Positions 25,101 to 37,995 of a stretch of DNA of 64,000 bases are shown piece after piece. The notes under the pieces were generated by a model that saw only the letters and a program-made list of their open reading frames with translations, did not search any database and was not told where the DNA came from. This DNA is from Octopus vulgaris (Eukaryota), in NCBI GenBank assembly GCA_951406725.2, contig OX597823.1:43276001-43340000 (forward strand). Direction: 5' to 3'. Position 1 is the first letter of the stretch; each line of letters starts with the position of its first letter. The position numbers were made by a program, and so were the translations under genes.

Positions 25101-25172
25101 TAAATGTTTTCTGTATGTGCGCGTGTGCCTAAGTGTAAGCGTGCGTGTCCATGTGTACGTGTGGAGGATGCT

Positions 25173-25222
<50 letters not shown>

Positions 25223-25259
25223 TATATACATATATATATGTATGTACATATATATATGC

Positions 25260-25332
<73 letters not shown>

Positions 25333-25377
25333 CACACACACGCACATATATATGTATATGTATATATATATATGTAT

Positions 25378-25439
<62 letters not shown>

Positions 25440-25637
25440 ATTACAACATGAAAGAGATCCATAGAAAATCTAGACATCATTTTCACTCCTGCACAAATAG
25501 CTCGTTCTAGTTAAGCATTGCCACGAATATTTAATTAAAGAGACGCACGCACACACATGCACACGCACGTATCCACACTCACCCACACGTATGTTTGTAG
25601 TATGTTTGTATGTATGTATGTATGTGTTTAGAAGTTC

Positions 25638-25669
<32 letters not shown>

Positions 25670-26685
25670 TTGTGTTTGGGGTAAACGTATGAGAATGTGT
25701 GACAGAGAGAGGGAGGAAGCAGAAAAAAAGAGAGAAAAAATGGGGATGTATTTTTTATTACAATCAATTGCAAGTTAAGCAGTGGCCATATAATATGCGT
25801 GTCCATCTGGGTGTGTATGAGTATTTGTACGGTATGTAATAATATTTTACACGCTGATACATCAAAGCCCAGTGATAGGCAATCATGCACAGATCCCCAC
25901 CACACGCAAAGATATGTGTCTGTGTGTGTGTTCGTGTGTGTGTATACACACTTAGATACTTATATGTATAAGTTTATATATATATATATATATTTATGCT
26001 TATGGAGATATATAAAAGCATTCATATATATATATTTATATATATGTGTGTGAATGCTTATATATATCTATATCTCCATAAGCATATATATATATATATA
26101 TATATATAAATATGCTTATGGAGATATATAAAAGCATTCACATATATATATATGCATAAGTGTGAACATATGTATATATAAATGCATATATGTATACACA
26201 CTCACACGCACACGCACACACACACACATACATACACACACGCACTCACTCATGCATACATATACGCTAAGTATTTCGAACTGTCTATGAATCAATTAGG
26301 CGACGGACGAAATACAGCGAGTTACAAACTATTTCACCCAACGGTTAATTGAAAATTAAAATAGTCTTTGAAGAAGTAAAAGAAAGCTGATATAGTTCTA
26401 TAAATCTTTCAAATTGGCATTGGAACATTTCGCAAACAGTGTACGTAACTTCGTGCCTCTTCAAATATCTTTATAGATTTTGACGTTTCTTCCAACATTG
26501 AAAATGATCAATCTAGACCACTTATACAATAATAGCCTCTCCTTTACTGCCAGCAGTCTAACACAATGCATTTCAGCATTATCATTTGAAAAGTCCAATA
26601 AAAGTTGTAAAGATTTCACTGTGATATGTCGATTATTTATCAGACTAAACGAATATATTTTGATATTGGCCATTGGTAATTCTTT

Positions 26686-27178
26686 AGTTGGCTGGGTTGT
26701 TAATTTGTTGGTTGGTTGGTTGACTGATTGGTTGGTTGGTTGGCTGGTTGGCTGGGTGGTTGGGTGGTTGGCTGGGTGGCTGGGTGGTTGGTTGGTTGGA
26801 TGGCTGGTTGGCTAGTTGGCTGGTTGGTTGGCTGGCTGGCTGGTTGGTTGCTTGGTTGCTTGGTTGGTTGATTAGTAGGTTGTTTGGCTGGCTGGTTGGT
26901 TGGTTGGTTGGTTGGTTGGTTGGTTGGTTGGTTGGTTGAGAGGTTGGTTGGCTGGCTATTTGGTTGCTTTGTTGGTTGGTTGGCTGGCTAGTTGGTTGGT
27001 TGGTTGGTTGGTCGGTTGGTTGGCTGGCTAGTTGGTTGGTTGGTTGGTTGGTCGGTTGGTTGGCTGACTGGTTGGTTTGTTGGTTGGTTGGTTGGTCAGT
27101 TGGTTGGTTGGTTGGTTGGTTCGTTGGTTCGTTCGTTCGTAAGTTGGTTGGTTGGTTGGTTGGCTGTTTGTTTGTTTA
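26686..27178 (+). repeat. (TGGT/TGGC)n tetranucleotide array
   Basis: Direct read; explains the WLVG ORFs. Confidence 0.95.
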
Positions 27179-27769
27179 CGTCAGCTCGCAACTACACAAA
27201 CTCTCAAAACTGTTAGCAAAAACACAGAATATACAACGAAGTCATACTCCCTTGCGAGTGTCGGCTGTCCTTTATTTTCTATCGCAAGGCTATGATGTCA
27301 TTTTTTAAAAATATCAAATATCCTATTACTTCCCATCACAGGCATCTTGTTAGTCCTAATGTCTAGAGATAAGAAGACAATCAAGTACTTCATATTTCTT
27401 CAAGTTTTATTCATATTGTATTTTATTGCTGCTATAAATATGTATATGTTTGTATTTTCTAGCTGTCAATAGCATAACATTATTCCTTTATTTTTTTTAT
27501 TCTTGAATTTATTTATCATTATAGTTTAGTATTTTATCCAGGTTCTAGAACATCGCATTTTCCGGGTTTTCCGACCGGAAATTAACAACTCTTTTTTTTT
27601 TTCTTTAGAAATAAAACTAAAAAAGTTAAAAATAATAATGTAAAATAACAAAAAATACAAACTTTTTTCCCTTCGATTTTTCTCCCTGAAGCCATTTCCT
27701 CAAACACTTAACTTCTCTCCGTTCCTGCTTCTAAATCTTATATTTCCCATTATGTCTCTTTCTCTATTT

Positions 27770-27802
<33 letters not shown>

Positions 27803-28723
27803 TCTCTCTCTCTCTCTCTCTTTCTATCTCCGTTCTTCCCTCCATCTTTTCGCCTGCACACAATCCCAACTTCCTTTTTCACCGTATTTATTTTTCTCTC
27901 CAATTCTTCTCTCCTTCCCATCATTAACAATCTTTTTTCCTATTCCCCGTTTCCTCACGATCCATTTCCTCTCTACTCCTACTGCATCTCTGCTTTTTTT
28001 TTTATATATTCCTCCTTCACCCTTCGTTCCAACATTTTTATTCCACTCGTTCTGACTCCCTCTCTTCTCAACTCTTTCCTTACTATCTCTACGTTTCTTT
28101 ATTCCTCATATCTCCACAGCCCATACTAATTCCATCCCTTTGTAAGGGGTCAATAGCTATAGAGATGAATTGGAATTAGTCCAAACAACTATCGTAACCA
28201 AATTCCTGACACAAAATCATAAATAAATTGAGTATAGTAACTAGAATTGTTAGACTAACAACGAAAAACGTTGGCATGATTCGAGAGTCAATTATGAACA
28301 AGAAGAGTTGTATGTCGGGGTACCGTGACAAGTAGAGCATAACATTTCGTAGAGGAAGAAATTAATTTATTTTCTTTTTCATCAAAAGACACACACCTGA
28401 AACGTTGTTCTCTGTTTCTTCTACGCGACACAGTAGCATACAAGTCTTCGTGTCTTCATTTCTTTGAAAGAATAGAAATTTCTTTTCCAAACATGCAATC
28501 AAATATTTGTAGTAAAGCAGATAAACAGTTATGTCTGGAACAAGGATGAAGAAACAGAAAATGCCCTGATGCAAAAGCAGACACACACACATACACACAC
28601 ACACGCACACACACGCACACAAACACACACACACACACACTCACATACACACATACACACACGCGCACACATGCACACAGGCGTACACACAGTTTTTCAC
28701 TCATACACATACATACATAAGTG

Positions 28724-28942
28724 TATAGATAGATAGACAGACAGATAGACAGACAGACAGACGGACGGACGGACGGACGGACGGACGGACAGACGGACGG
28801 ACAGACGGACAGACGGACGGACAGACAGACGGACAGACGGACAGACGAACAGATGAACAGACAGACAGACAGATAGACAGACAGATAGACATACAGATAG
28901 ACAGACAGATAGACAGACATATAGATAGACAGATAGATAGAC

Positions 28943-28984
<42 letters not shown>

Positions 28985-29003
28985 ACAGATAGACAGACAG
29001 ACT

Positions 29004-29042
<39 letters not shown>

Positions 29043-29125
29043 TGACTGACTGACTGACTGACTGACTGACTGGCTGACTGACTGACTGACTGACTGACTG
29101 ACTGACAGACAGTCTGACAGACAGA
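28724..29125 (+). repeat. Compound tetranucleotide array (GATA/GACA/GACG/GACT)
   Basis: Direct read. Confidence 0.95.
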
Positions 29126-29733
29126 TGTTTCAGGTAAATAAATTATATCCCATCATCAGAGACGAGTTAATACAGTTTCAATAGAGGTAATTAGCAGATT
29201 TCATTACACAAGAAGTTATTTTGGAAAGGGAGAGGTGCAGAAAGTATAGAGGGAAATATGAACATAAAAATGCGTATTGGATGTTAAAGTTTGCTGTTCC
29301 GTTATCCAGGGAATGTACTGTGTAGAATGGGTAACATTCTTATGTAGTCTCTTTTCTCTATCGACTGCCCTCTACCAATATATTCTCAAAATTTCATTCA
29401 CACAAGAGCTTTTTGAATGAACAGCACATACAGGTAATATTTGTACACTATCCATTTGAAATAACAACATACGGACTCCGATCGGAATTTACGCACCATG
29501 GACAACAAGCCTCTTTACCCATTCTACACAGTACATTCCTTGGATAACGGAACAGCAACTTTAATATCCAGCATGTATCTTTATTTTCATATTTCCCTTT
29601 ATACTTTCTGTATCTCTCTCTTTCCAGCATAACCTCTTGTATAATGAACTCTATTAATTCCTTCTATTGAAACTGTCTTAACTCTTTTCTGATGATGGGA
29701 TATAATTTATTCACCTGAAACAGCTGTAAGACC
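29121..29733. mobile_element. Non-coding fold-back element of two inverted Penelope-type pLTRs, each with a hammerhead core
   Basis: Arms ~29121-29334 and ~29515-29727 are complementary; CTGATGA...GAAAC-A(G/T)CT-GT in both arms. Confidence 0.8.
29685..29732 (+). ncRNA. Minimal hammerhead motif with palindromic stem III (ACAGCUGU)
   Basis: CUGAUGA-UGGGAUAUAAUUUAUUCACCU-GAAAC-AGCU-GUA-AGAC; the inverted copy supplies the GUCU stem I 5' strand. Confidence 0.62.
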
Positions 29734-30413
29734 GGATCTTTTCATTTTGAAGGCCAGATTTTCCTAGTTAACTAAAAAATTTGAAACTTCGTGTACTGGT
29801 AGAATGTGTCAAAAGAAAACATTATTGTAAACAAAATTGTTATTCGTAACTTAAACGTAGTTTAATTTTTACGAATTTTAACCAATGAAATCCCAGCATT
29901 GCTGCGTTATCGATATTGATAAAGAAATATAGCAGACGCACCACACACACACACACACACACATTTGCACAAAACGTACACACACATACAAACGGACATA
30001 TACATATACGCACACAAGCAAAAATACACGTTCGTGTTTTGCCACTTGCCGCAACAAATTTGCACAAAAGGTAAATAAACCAGAAGGGGGTGGGGTCAAT
30101 GTTTCATCGTTTCGGGGTCGATAAATTAAGTACCAATTACGCACTGGTGTCGAGGATTCTTTTCCCAATTTATATCACAGCTTCCGACAAGCTGGGGGCG
30201 TTGTTTCTGGCCCTTCAAAACCATGGGAGAAGCCTTTTTGGTAAAAAAAAATAAAGAAAATATTCAAAAAATATCGTTAATATTTTTATTGGGCGACGAA
30301 ATTAATCGATTTAAGAGATATAGCTGTTATTCTTTTGACACATTCTACCAGTATACGAAGTTTCAAATTGTTTAGTTAACTAGGAAAATCTGGCCTTCAA
30401 AATGAAAAGATCC
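29734..30413. mobile_element. MITE / non-autonomous DNA transposon with ~85-bp TIRs and 8-bp TSD (Merlin-like)
   Basis: TIR GGATCTTTTCATTTTGAAGGCCAGATTTTCCTAGTTAACTAAA... at both ends; TSD GTAAGACC at 29726-29733 and 30414-30421. Confidence 0.85.
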
Positions 30414-32084
30414 GTAAGACCATCTTTTTCTGTAGTTTATAACAAAAATAAGAAGAAGAGAAGAGAAAAAAGAAGGAAAAAAAAGGAAGCTGCATGTATA
30501 ATACGTAAATTAGAAGCAGCTCTACAGATGTACCAACACACACGAGATTGCGACATGGCCGACCTCACACACTTCTCATGAGGAATTCCGGAAGGAACAT
30601 CGTGAGACCACTGATGAGACGCTTCCAAAAATATAAAGAAAAAAAGCCGTTGGAAAACTGATTATAGCAGTGACTGCATCTAAGAATATCTGAAGAAGCA
30701 ATATTCCGAAATATCATATCAGACTAAGGATGATTAAATTACAACAGGTATATTGCCCATTGTCTGTATTATAGTGCATTGTTGTACCATTCAGAACTTT
30801 TTATTCTTTATTAATTTTAATGTGTTAATCTGACTGCTTTGTTATTCTGTTTATTCCATAAAATTCATTATCTGTTTATTATAAAGGTCACTGCACTATA
30901 TTTAATAAGTTAACAAGTAGCCATGTCTAGTAAACGTTGAGAGTTGAACGCATGAACCACGTTTGGAGTAGATGATTTCTTTTAAACAGCAAGTTGAAAT
31001 GAACGAATTAGACCTAATAAAACCATCCGGACGTATTGAGATACCAACAGTCGTGCACCACACCGATTAACACTTTTTGACTGCATATTTGTGGCGTCTT
31101 ACAGGAACGGTTGTTATCTCCTGTCGCAAAGCCTATTGGCAATAAACTGAGAAAAACCAATACTCAAAGAAATCCAATGATGAAGTTTCGACTGAAAGTG
31201 AATCATTTACATTTACTTGACTGACACGAGATTTGATTTTAGACACGGTGTGACGCCAAAACAGCACGAAAAATATATATTAGTCATTCAAAAACACAAA
31301 AACTGTTAAGTTGACTCAAACATTTATTCATTCGTGTCATCATTTACGCCGCACCAATTGCGACTTGGTCATTGACGCGATTTCACTGCATCAGAGGCAA
31401 TAGAATCCTGTCAGCCGTATAATTTTCTGAAAATTTAACAGTAGTTCGAGAGCTGTAGAGTAGAGGTAATTCTTTACGTATTTGTGTTCTTTGTCAATAA
31501 ATAAAAATGTTGGGTGCTGGATGTCTCTAAATAGGAGGAAGGCCGCATAGGAAAACGTGTTTAGGACACTAGGCAATGTGGATAATTGTTAAGATTAACG
31601 ATTTTTTAGAATGCTATTAATGTTACTGTAGGTGTCATCAATTCCACAAGTGGAGTGCAATGCGCTGACTTAAAGTCTAGGTTATTGAGTACCATGTTTG
31701 GAATAGGTGATTTTTTTAAAATTTTCATTTCTTTATTTTAAACAGCAATTCGAAATAATCTAATCAGATGTATGTGGAGGAATCTTACTTTATATATATA
31801 TGCATACACACGCAATACTCAGGTGTGTATGAAGCTACTCATAAGATAAAATAATTTGGAGGAACTTACGAGTTAAAAGATTTGCTATGCAGATAGTATG
31901 CGTATATTCATTCATATACACACACACACACGCACTATAGGTGTGCATATACCACTGAATATGCAAACGCTTATGTTGTATATATATATATGTATGTATG
32001 TAACTAATGAAGGTGTTAAACGAAGTGAAACAATCGGACATGCGATTTTCAAGCCATGTGGTTGTGAATATAAAGATGCTTACA

Positions 32085-32165
32085 GAAGCAGACAACTTAC
32101 AAAAACTAGCCCTGCTGGGAACAGCCTACATCCTACGCAAGACACTATCAATTCAATAATACAAC
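32085..32165 (+). mobile_element. Dong/R4 LINE ORF C-terminal remnant
   Basis: LQKLALLGTAYILRKTLSIQ*. Confidence 0.6.
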
Positions 32166-32429
32166 CTAAACAAAACAACCCACAAATACAAGACACACTC
32201 TATACAACATTTACTCAGTGAAATAAACTTCCACCAGCAAGGTAGAAAACCATAGCATTACACATTCAACACATAATACTAGCAGTAACACAACAAAAGA
32301 TAGCACAATGCCTCAATAAAAAAAGCGAACACAATACAGTACCGGGAAGATTTTGCACACTCACAACAGCAGATAAGAGCATACACCGTATCAACGAGGG
32401 AACTGACTTGGACTTTATCTTTACCATAA

Positions 32430-33000
32430 AGTTTGAGGTCATCCATGAATAACAAATGTTTGTCCCTTTGTTTGCGGATATTGAATCCATACCCAGCTTT
32501 TACTTTCCTCGGAATCAGTGTTAGTGGTATCTAGCACAGTACAAAGATCAGTGGGAACAGGCAGTCCCCTTGAAAGATGCCTCTCCTGAATTTTACTGTC
32601 CCTAAACGCTTTCCGTGTGCTGTAAGGTCCGTCCTCCAATTCGCCATACTTTTTCGAAGCAATCACTCAATATTCGATGCAATACCAAATAGGTTCATAC
32701 ATTCCATTATCCAAGAGTGTGGGATCATATCGTATGCCTTACGATAGTGGATCTATGTTATAGCTAAGTTACTTTTCCTGCTCTTGCAGTCTCTAAGTAT
32801 AGTTTTGTCTACAAAGAGTTGATCCTTGGTGCCTCTGTACTTACGCTTGCAAACTTTCAGCTCAAGTGGCAGGACTCCATTTTTGCCAGATGTTCGTACA
32901 TTCACTCTGTCAGTTTTCCAGTCATTAACTGCCACATAAGTGGAAAACAGGATATCGGCCTGTAATTGTCTACCGTATTGCCTTTTACGATGTGTTGCAA
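32430..33000 (-). mobile_element. Dong/R4-clade LINE reverse transcriptase fragment
   Basis: [51 protein letters not shown]. Confidence 0.85.
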
Positions 33001-33002
33001 GC

Positions 33003-33230
33003 ACAGCACTGCCCTACCCAAAGCTACTATTTAGCTTTGACTCCATTAGCTTCCTCAAACTTCTGATGTACTCCTTCTCAATTTTCGTTTTCATTTCCGT
33101 AATTAGTACCCTGTCAGATTCTAATGCTCCTAGATGCATAGATTATAGGAAAGCCTATGATATGATCCCACATTCATGGATAAGTGACTGCGTGAGTATA
33201 TTCAGTATAGCAGACACCATAAGAGAATTT
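33003..33230. mobile_element. Dong/R4 RT fragment with internal inversion
   Basis: 33003-33138 (-): [36 protein letters not shown]; 33136-33230 (+): IDYRKAYDMIPHSWISDCVSIFSIADTIREF. Confidence 0.75.
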
Positions 33231-33256
33231 ATTATTATTATCATTATTATTAATAA

Positions 33257-33650
33257 CTAGCAGTATCGCCCGGCGTGGCTCGGGTTTGTAAGGGAAATAA
33301 CTATACAGCATTTTTAGAGAGTTATAGCCAAAAAATAGCAAAAAAATGCATTAAAAATGGAAAAAATATGATGGTAAATTTTTTAAAAATCGTTGACTCT
33401 TCGTAGACAATTTTAGAGAGTTACTTCCCTTTAAAAAAATATGCATGAAAATGGAAAAAAATGAGGGTAAATTATTTTTAAAATCGTAGACTCATCGTAG
33501 ACACGCGCTAATACCCAGAAGGACTCGATATGAATCACGACTATAAGATACCCCGGTTTTGGTTAAACTGCACCGCAAAATGTGGGAGTAGTTAGGAATC
33601 TAAATCGAAGGGGACAGACACTCACACAACTACAGTTTTATATATAAAGA
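33257..33650 (-). mobile_element. Non-autonomous Helitron
   Basis: Minus strand 5'-TC start, subterminal hairpin CCCGAGCCACGCCGGG, CTAG-3' end, inserted between A and T, no TSD. Confidence 0.8.
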
Positions 33651-33683
33651 TAATAATTATAATAAGAGTAATAATGATAATAA

Positions 33684-33898
33684 TGGTTTCAAATTTTGCC
33701 ACAAGGGCAGCAAATTTGGTGGGATAGGATGAGTCGATTACATCGACCCCAGTCTTTCGCTGGTACTTGATTCATCGACCCACAAGAGATGAAAGGCAAA
33801 GTCAACCTCGGCGGGATTTGAACTCAGACGTAGCGGCAGACGAAATACAGCTAAACATTTCGTCCGGCGTGCTAACAATTCTGCCAGCTTGCCGCCTT
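33684..33898 (-). mobile_element. Nin/Deu-domain SINE
   Basis: Same family as 47528-47752. Confidence 0.85.
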
Positions 33899-33917
33899 AA
33901 TAATGATGATGATGATG

Positions 33918-33996
<79 letters not shown>

Positions 33997-34500
33997 TTGT
34001 TACATCGCTGAGTTGTACATTTGGTTGATACCTTCTATAATTTATCATCGTCCTTTTATATTTACAACTCACATCTTGCAGAAATCAACTTCATATTTCC
34101 CCTCGATAAGGATTTACATCAAATATATGCTCATCAAACATCAGGAAGATTTGCGGCCAAGTGCCAGGTTTAGAAATTGTAGATGCCGTTAATATTTTAT
34201 CATTATAATCATTACTGTTAATATTGTTGAAATGGTTTTACCAGCCAAATATTTTCATCGGCTTAACGCATCACAAAGACCTCGACTTTAAGCCCTCCTG
34301 AAGGAAATATCACAATATCTTCGTTCTCATTCCACTTTCAAAGCAACCATTAAAGGAAATATCAGCAACTACGAAACTTGATCTTCACAATTCCGAAATA
34401 AAACTTGAAAAAACTAAATGAAAAACACACACACTCATATGTATGTATGTATGTATATGTGTGTGTACATAAGCATACAAGTGTATGTATATATGTATAA

Positions 34501-34587
<87 letters not shown>

Positions 34588-34589
34588 TT

Positions 34590-34631
<42 letters not shown>

Positions 34632-34648
34632 TTTATATATATATATAT

Positions 34649-34721
<73 letters not shown>

Positions 34722-35404
34722 GTGTTTATGTGTATTGATATGTATGCATATATGTGTCTATATGTATTTATATATTTAGATATAAACATATGTAAAAACA
34801 AAAATATATTGTATTCAAATAAAAATTGGAATAAAAGATATTTTAAAAACAAAATATGGAAACAAATATCAGAAAAAAATACGATAAAATCATCTACTTT
34901 TAGATTCGATGCATTTTGAGATAACAAGTATCGATCCCAGGTTTATTGATTGAGTTACTGGAACAGGAGAAGAGTATACAGGGAAACGATGACTAAAAAG
35001 GTGGTTATCACTGATCGATTGCTTTGATACCACAAGGAAAGTAAGCAATCACTTGAGCAGTTTCTCTTAATTTCATTTTACATTCTTTCCTTCTTAAGTC
35101 ATTCCATACACCTTTAAAAATGGGGCTTATTTCCTATTTCTGCGTAAACAGTGCTTGTTTTATGGACAGGTATGCGTGGATGTGACATTATGTTCCCTCA
35201 CCTCTTAACAGACACATTCCATGTTATATAGTTTTAGAAGTGTTTTAGACTTATCTACGGCAATTCTAAGACTATGCAGCATAGATAATTTTAATCACAA
35301 TATACATACATATACATACATTCATATATACACACATACACATATATGCACACGCATAAAATACAGATTTTCATACATTTAAAACCTTCAGTTTCTATAC
35401 CAAG

Positions 35405-35670
35405 ATAATAAATTCACATTTATACCAATAACAATTGGTGTACTTGATTTTGTTAGTAGATACCTAAACGACAATCTGGAAAAGCTAGGATTTTCTGAAA
35501 AAGAAGGCAACCGGCCAACCTAGATAATTACAAATACAACCTTTAAGCGGATAAAGAATATATGTAAGATTTTACTTAAATTCAACATGTGACATTGTTT
35601 TTGTTATTTACGTTCCAACAATGGAGCTCTGTATCTCTGTTAGAAACCAGCTCTTTCTTTAAAGTTAAAA
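35405..35670 (+). mobile_element. RLE-type LINE 3' end remnant
   Basis: FIPITIGVLDFVSRYLNDNLEKLGFSEKE...ICKILLKFNM; a similar remnant lies at ~22400-22480 (-). Confidence 0.5.
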
Positions 35671-35756
35671 ATAGAGGAAGTGCATACCTACCTACCTACC
35701 TACATACATACATACATACATACATACATGCATGCATGCATGCATGCATGCATACA

Positions 35757-35790
<34 letters not shown>

Positions 35791-36214
35791 CATACATAGA
35801 TTGATAATTGCCACTTCTTTACATATGAAGGTCATCTCTTCAATTAATACTGTCTGGAGATCATATATGACTAGCAAGTCCTGCTCTTGACAAACAAATA
35901 CTACTGCAAATCTTAGAAATATTTTTAAGCAGAAATGTGTCTGGGATTGTAGTTAAATCCTGTCTACGAAGTGCTCGCTTCAAAATAGATTCCTCCATAA
36001 TTCGAGCTTCAAACTATTATAAATCATTTTTTTCCAAACCGATCGGTCTTGCTCCCAGCCTTCAAATTTCACATTAAGAGCCTTAAGGTTGCTTTTGACA
36101 GCATCCCTAAAACATCTCTTAGGATTTCCCCGCGAAATATTTAATGTTCGACGGGGTTTCTTCAGCGTGCTCTAATATCATTATAGGTTATTGATAATTA
36201 TCGTATTATATACT

Positions 36215-36425
36215 CTTTTACTCTTTTAATTTTTTTCAGTCATTTGACTGCAGCCATGCTGGAGCACAGCCTTTAGTTGAGCAAATCGACCCCAGGACTT
36301 ATTCTTTGTAAGCCTAGTACTTATTCTATCGGTCTCTTTTGCCGAACCGCTAAGTTATGGGGACGTAAACATACCAGCATCTGTTGTCAAGCGATGTTGG
36401 GGGTCAAACACAGACACACAAACAT

Positions 36426-36459
<34 letters not shown>

Positions 36460-36640
36460 GAATATATATACAAATATACGACGGGCTTCTTTCAGTTTCC
36501 CTCTACCAAATCCACTCACAAGTCTTTGGTCGGCCCGAGGCTATAGTAGAAGACACCTGCCCAAGGTGCCACGCAGTGGGACTGAACCCGGGACCATGTA
36601 GTTGGTAAACAAGCTACTTACCACCAGCCACTTCTGCGCC
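36215..36640 (-). mobile_element. Full-length composite octopod SINE (tRNA head, CORE, microsatellite, CR1-like tail)
   Basis: Minus head GGCGCAGAAGTGGCTGGTGGTAAG...GGTTCAGTCCCACTGCGTGGCACCTTGGGCAGGTGTCTTCTACTATAGCC. Confidence 0.85.
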
Positions 36641-37849
36641 TATATGTTTTTGTAACATTACAAAAGTCATTTAATAATTATTGGAGTTAATGGAACTACT
36701 GAGAACCAACTTACAGCTAGGTGGACTGAGATACTATAAAGATAATTCAAGCTTCAAGTCTGTATCACCAGAATGAAATAATTGTGAGTGCATTTTATCC
36801 GTAATTTTGTAATTCTTTGGTTAGGACCTGTATTATATGTTTTTTCATTCGAAGGAGGAGGTAGAGGAGTTGGAGATGATAATAATGATTACGTTGTCGA
36901 TAGTGGTAGTGGTAGTATTGGTGGTGGTGGTGGTGGTGGTCGTGGTCGTGGTGGTGCTGGTGATGGTGCTGGTGCTGCTGATGGTGGTCACGGTCATTGG
37001 CGATGGACAACAAAGCAAAAGCAACAGTAACAGCAACGATAATGATATCGACAGCTGCCCGAAACGCTAGAAATACATATATTCCTCTATCTCAGACAAA
37101 GCGTACTTCATGGTTTGAAGAAATTATATTTGTTTACATCTCCATAAAACGTCATGAATTTCTTGGAACTCTTCTGCTTGACTGTTTTATCCAAAGATAG
37201 AAGGGGGCATCATTGAAAGAATACAAATCAAAAGAACTTGACGGATTCGGTAGTTATATATTTATTCGAGATGAGATTTCATAGTCAATACGTAATTGAC
37301 ACAGGCACAAAAATACTGAATAATAATGGCCTTTTTTATGTTATTTTTTAAAAAAGAATGTTTCTTGTCTTCGACTTAGCTTCAGGAGAGAATTAAAGAA
37401 ACGACAAATAGCAAATTTTTTATTGGATTTCTTTGAGGAATTTAAAATTAAAGAACGGTCAAATAGAGTGAAAGAGTAAAAAAAAAATCTGATAAAAAAC
37501 GGCAGAAAGAAATAGAGAAAGAGACGTAAATTAACTAAGAGATAAAATGAAAAGAGGGGAAATGAATGGATAGAAAAACAGATAAGGAAGCGTAGAAGTG
37601 AGATGTGGTCGATAATGGAAATTAAGGGGTAATTATAGTGAGAAGTAAGGTTTGTGAAAGGAAGAGATAGAGATGTAGAATGATGAGAATGAAATAAATG
37701 AAATGTCAATCAGGCGCTTGAGTAAAGCAGTAAATAATTCCGACAAAGTAATTGATGTTATAAAGTAAGGGGTTTCAACTGGGATCAGTATCCTAGAAAA
37801 TGTCTTCAGCCCTGATCATTACAGTCTCGAGTCTTAATAGTCATGGGGT

Positions 37850-37995
37850 CAGTTATTCGGTTTCTTTGGTGTAGCAGTGACCAAGATCCCAACTTCCCGC
37901 TTGAACTGGGTGCCAGTCCATCGCAGGGTCGAAAATTTGCAGCTACGTGAACTGCAGCAACGTAAAAACAAGAGTTTTTTCTCAAGGACTACGCA
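37850..37995 (-). mobile_element. Old SINE remnant
   Basis: Minus strand CCCTGCGATGGACTGGCACCC plus a decayed CORE segment. Confidence 0.5.

Noticed and set aside
26477-26675. Plus exon candidate with faint PAN/apple-like 'SLTQC...LSFEKSNKSCK'
   Set aside because: Key cysteines are missing and alternative frames are equally plausible.
28397-28534. Minus phase 1-1 exon candidate [19 protein letters not shown]...NNVS
   Set aside because: Only splice signals; weak donor; no homology recognised.
30688-30725. ctgaagaagc...ccgaaatat as a hammerhead
   Set aside because: Stem II does not pair; too degenerate.
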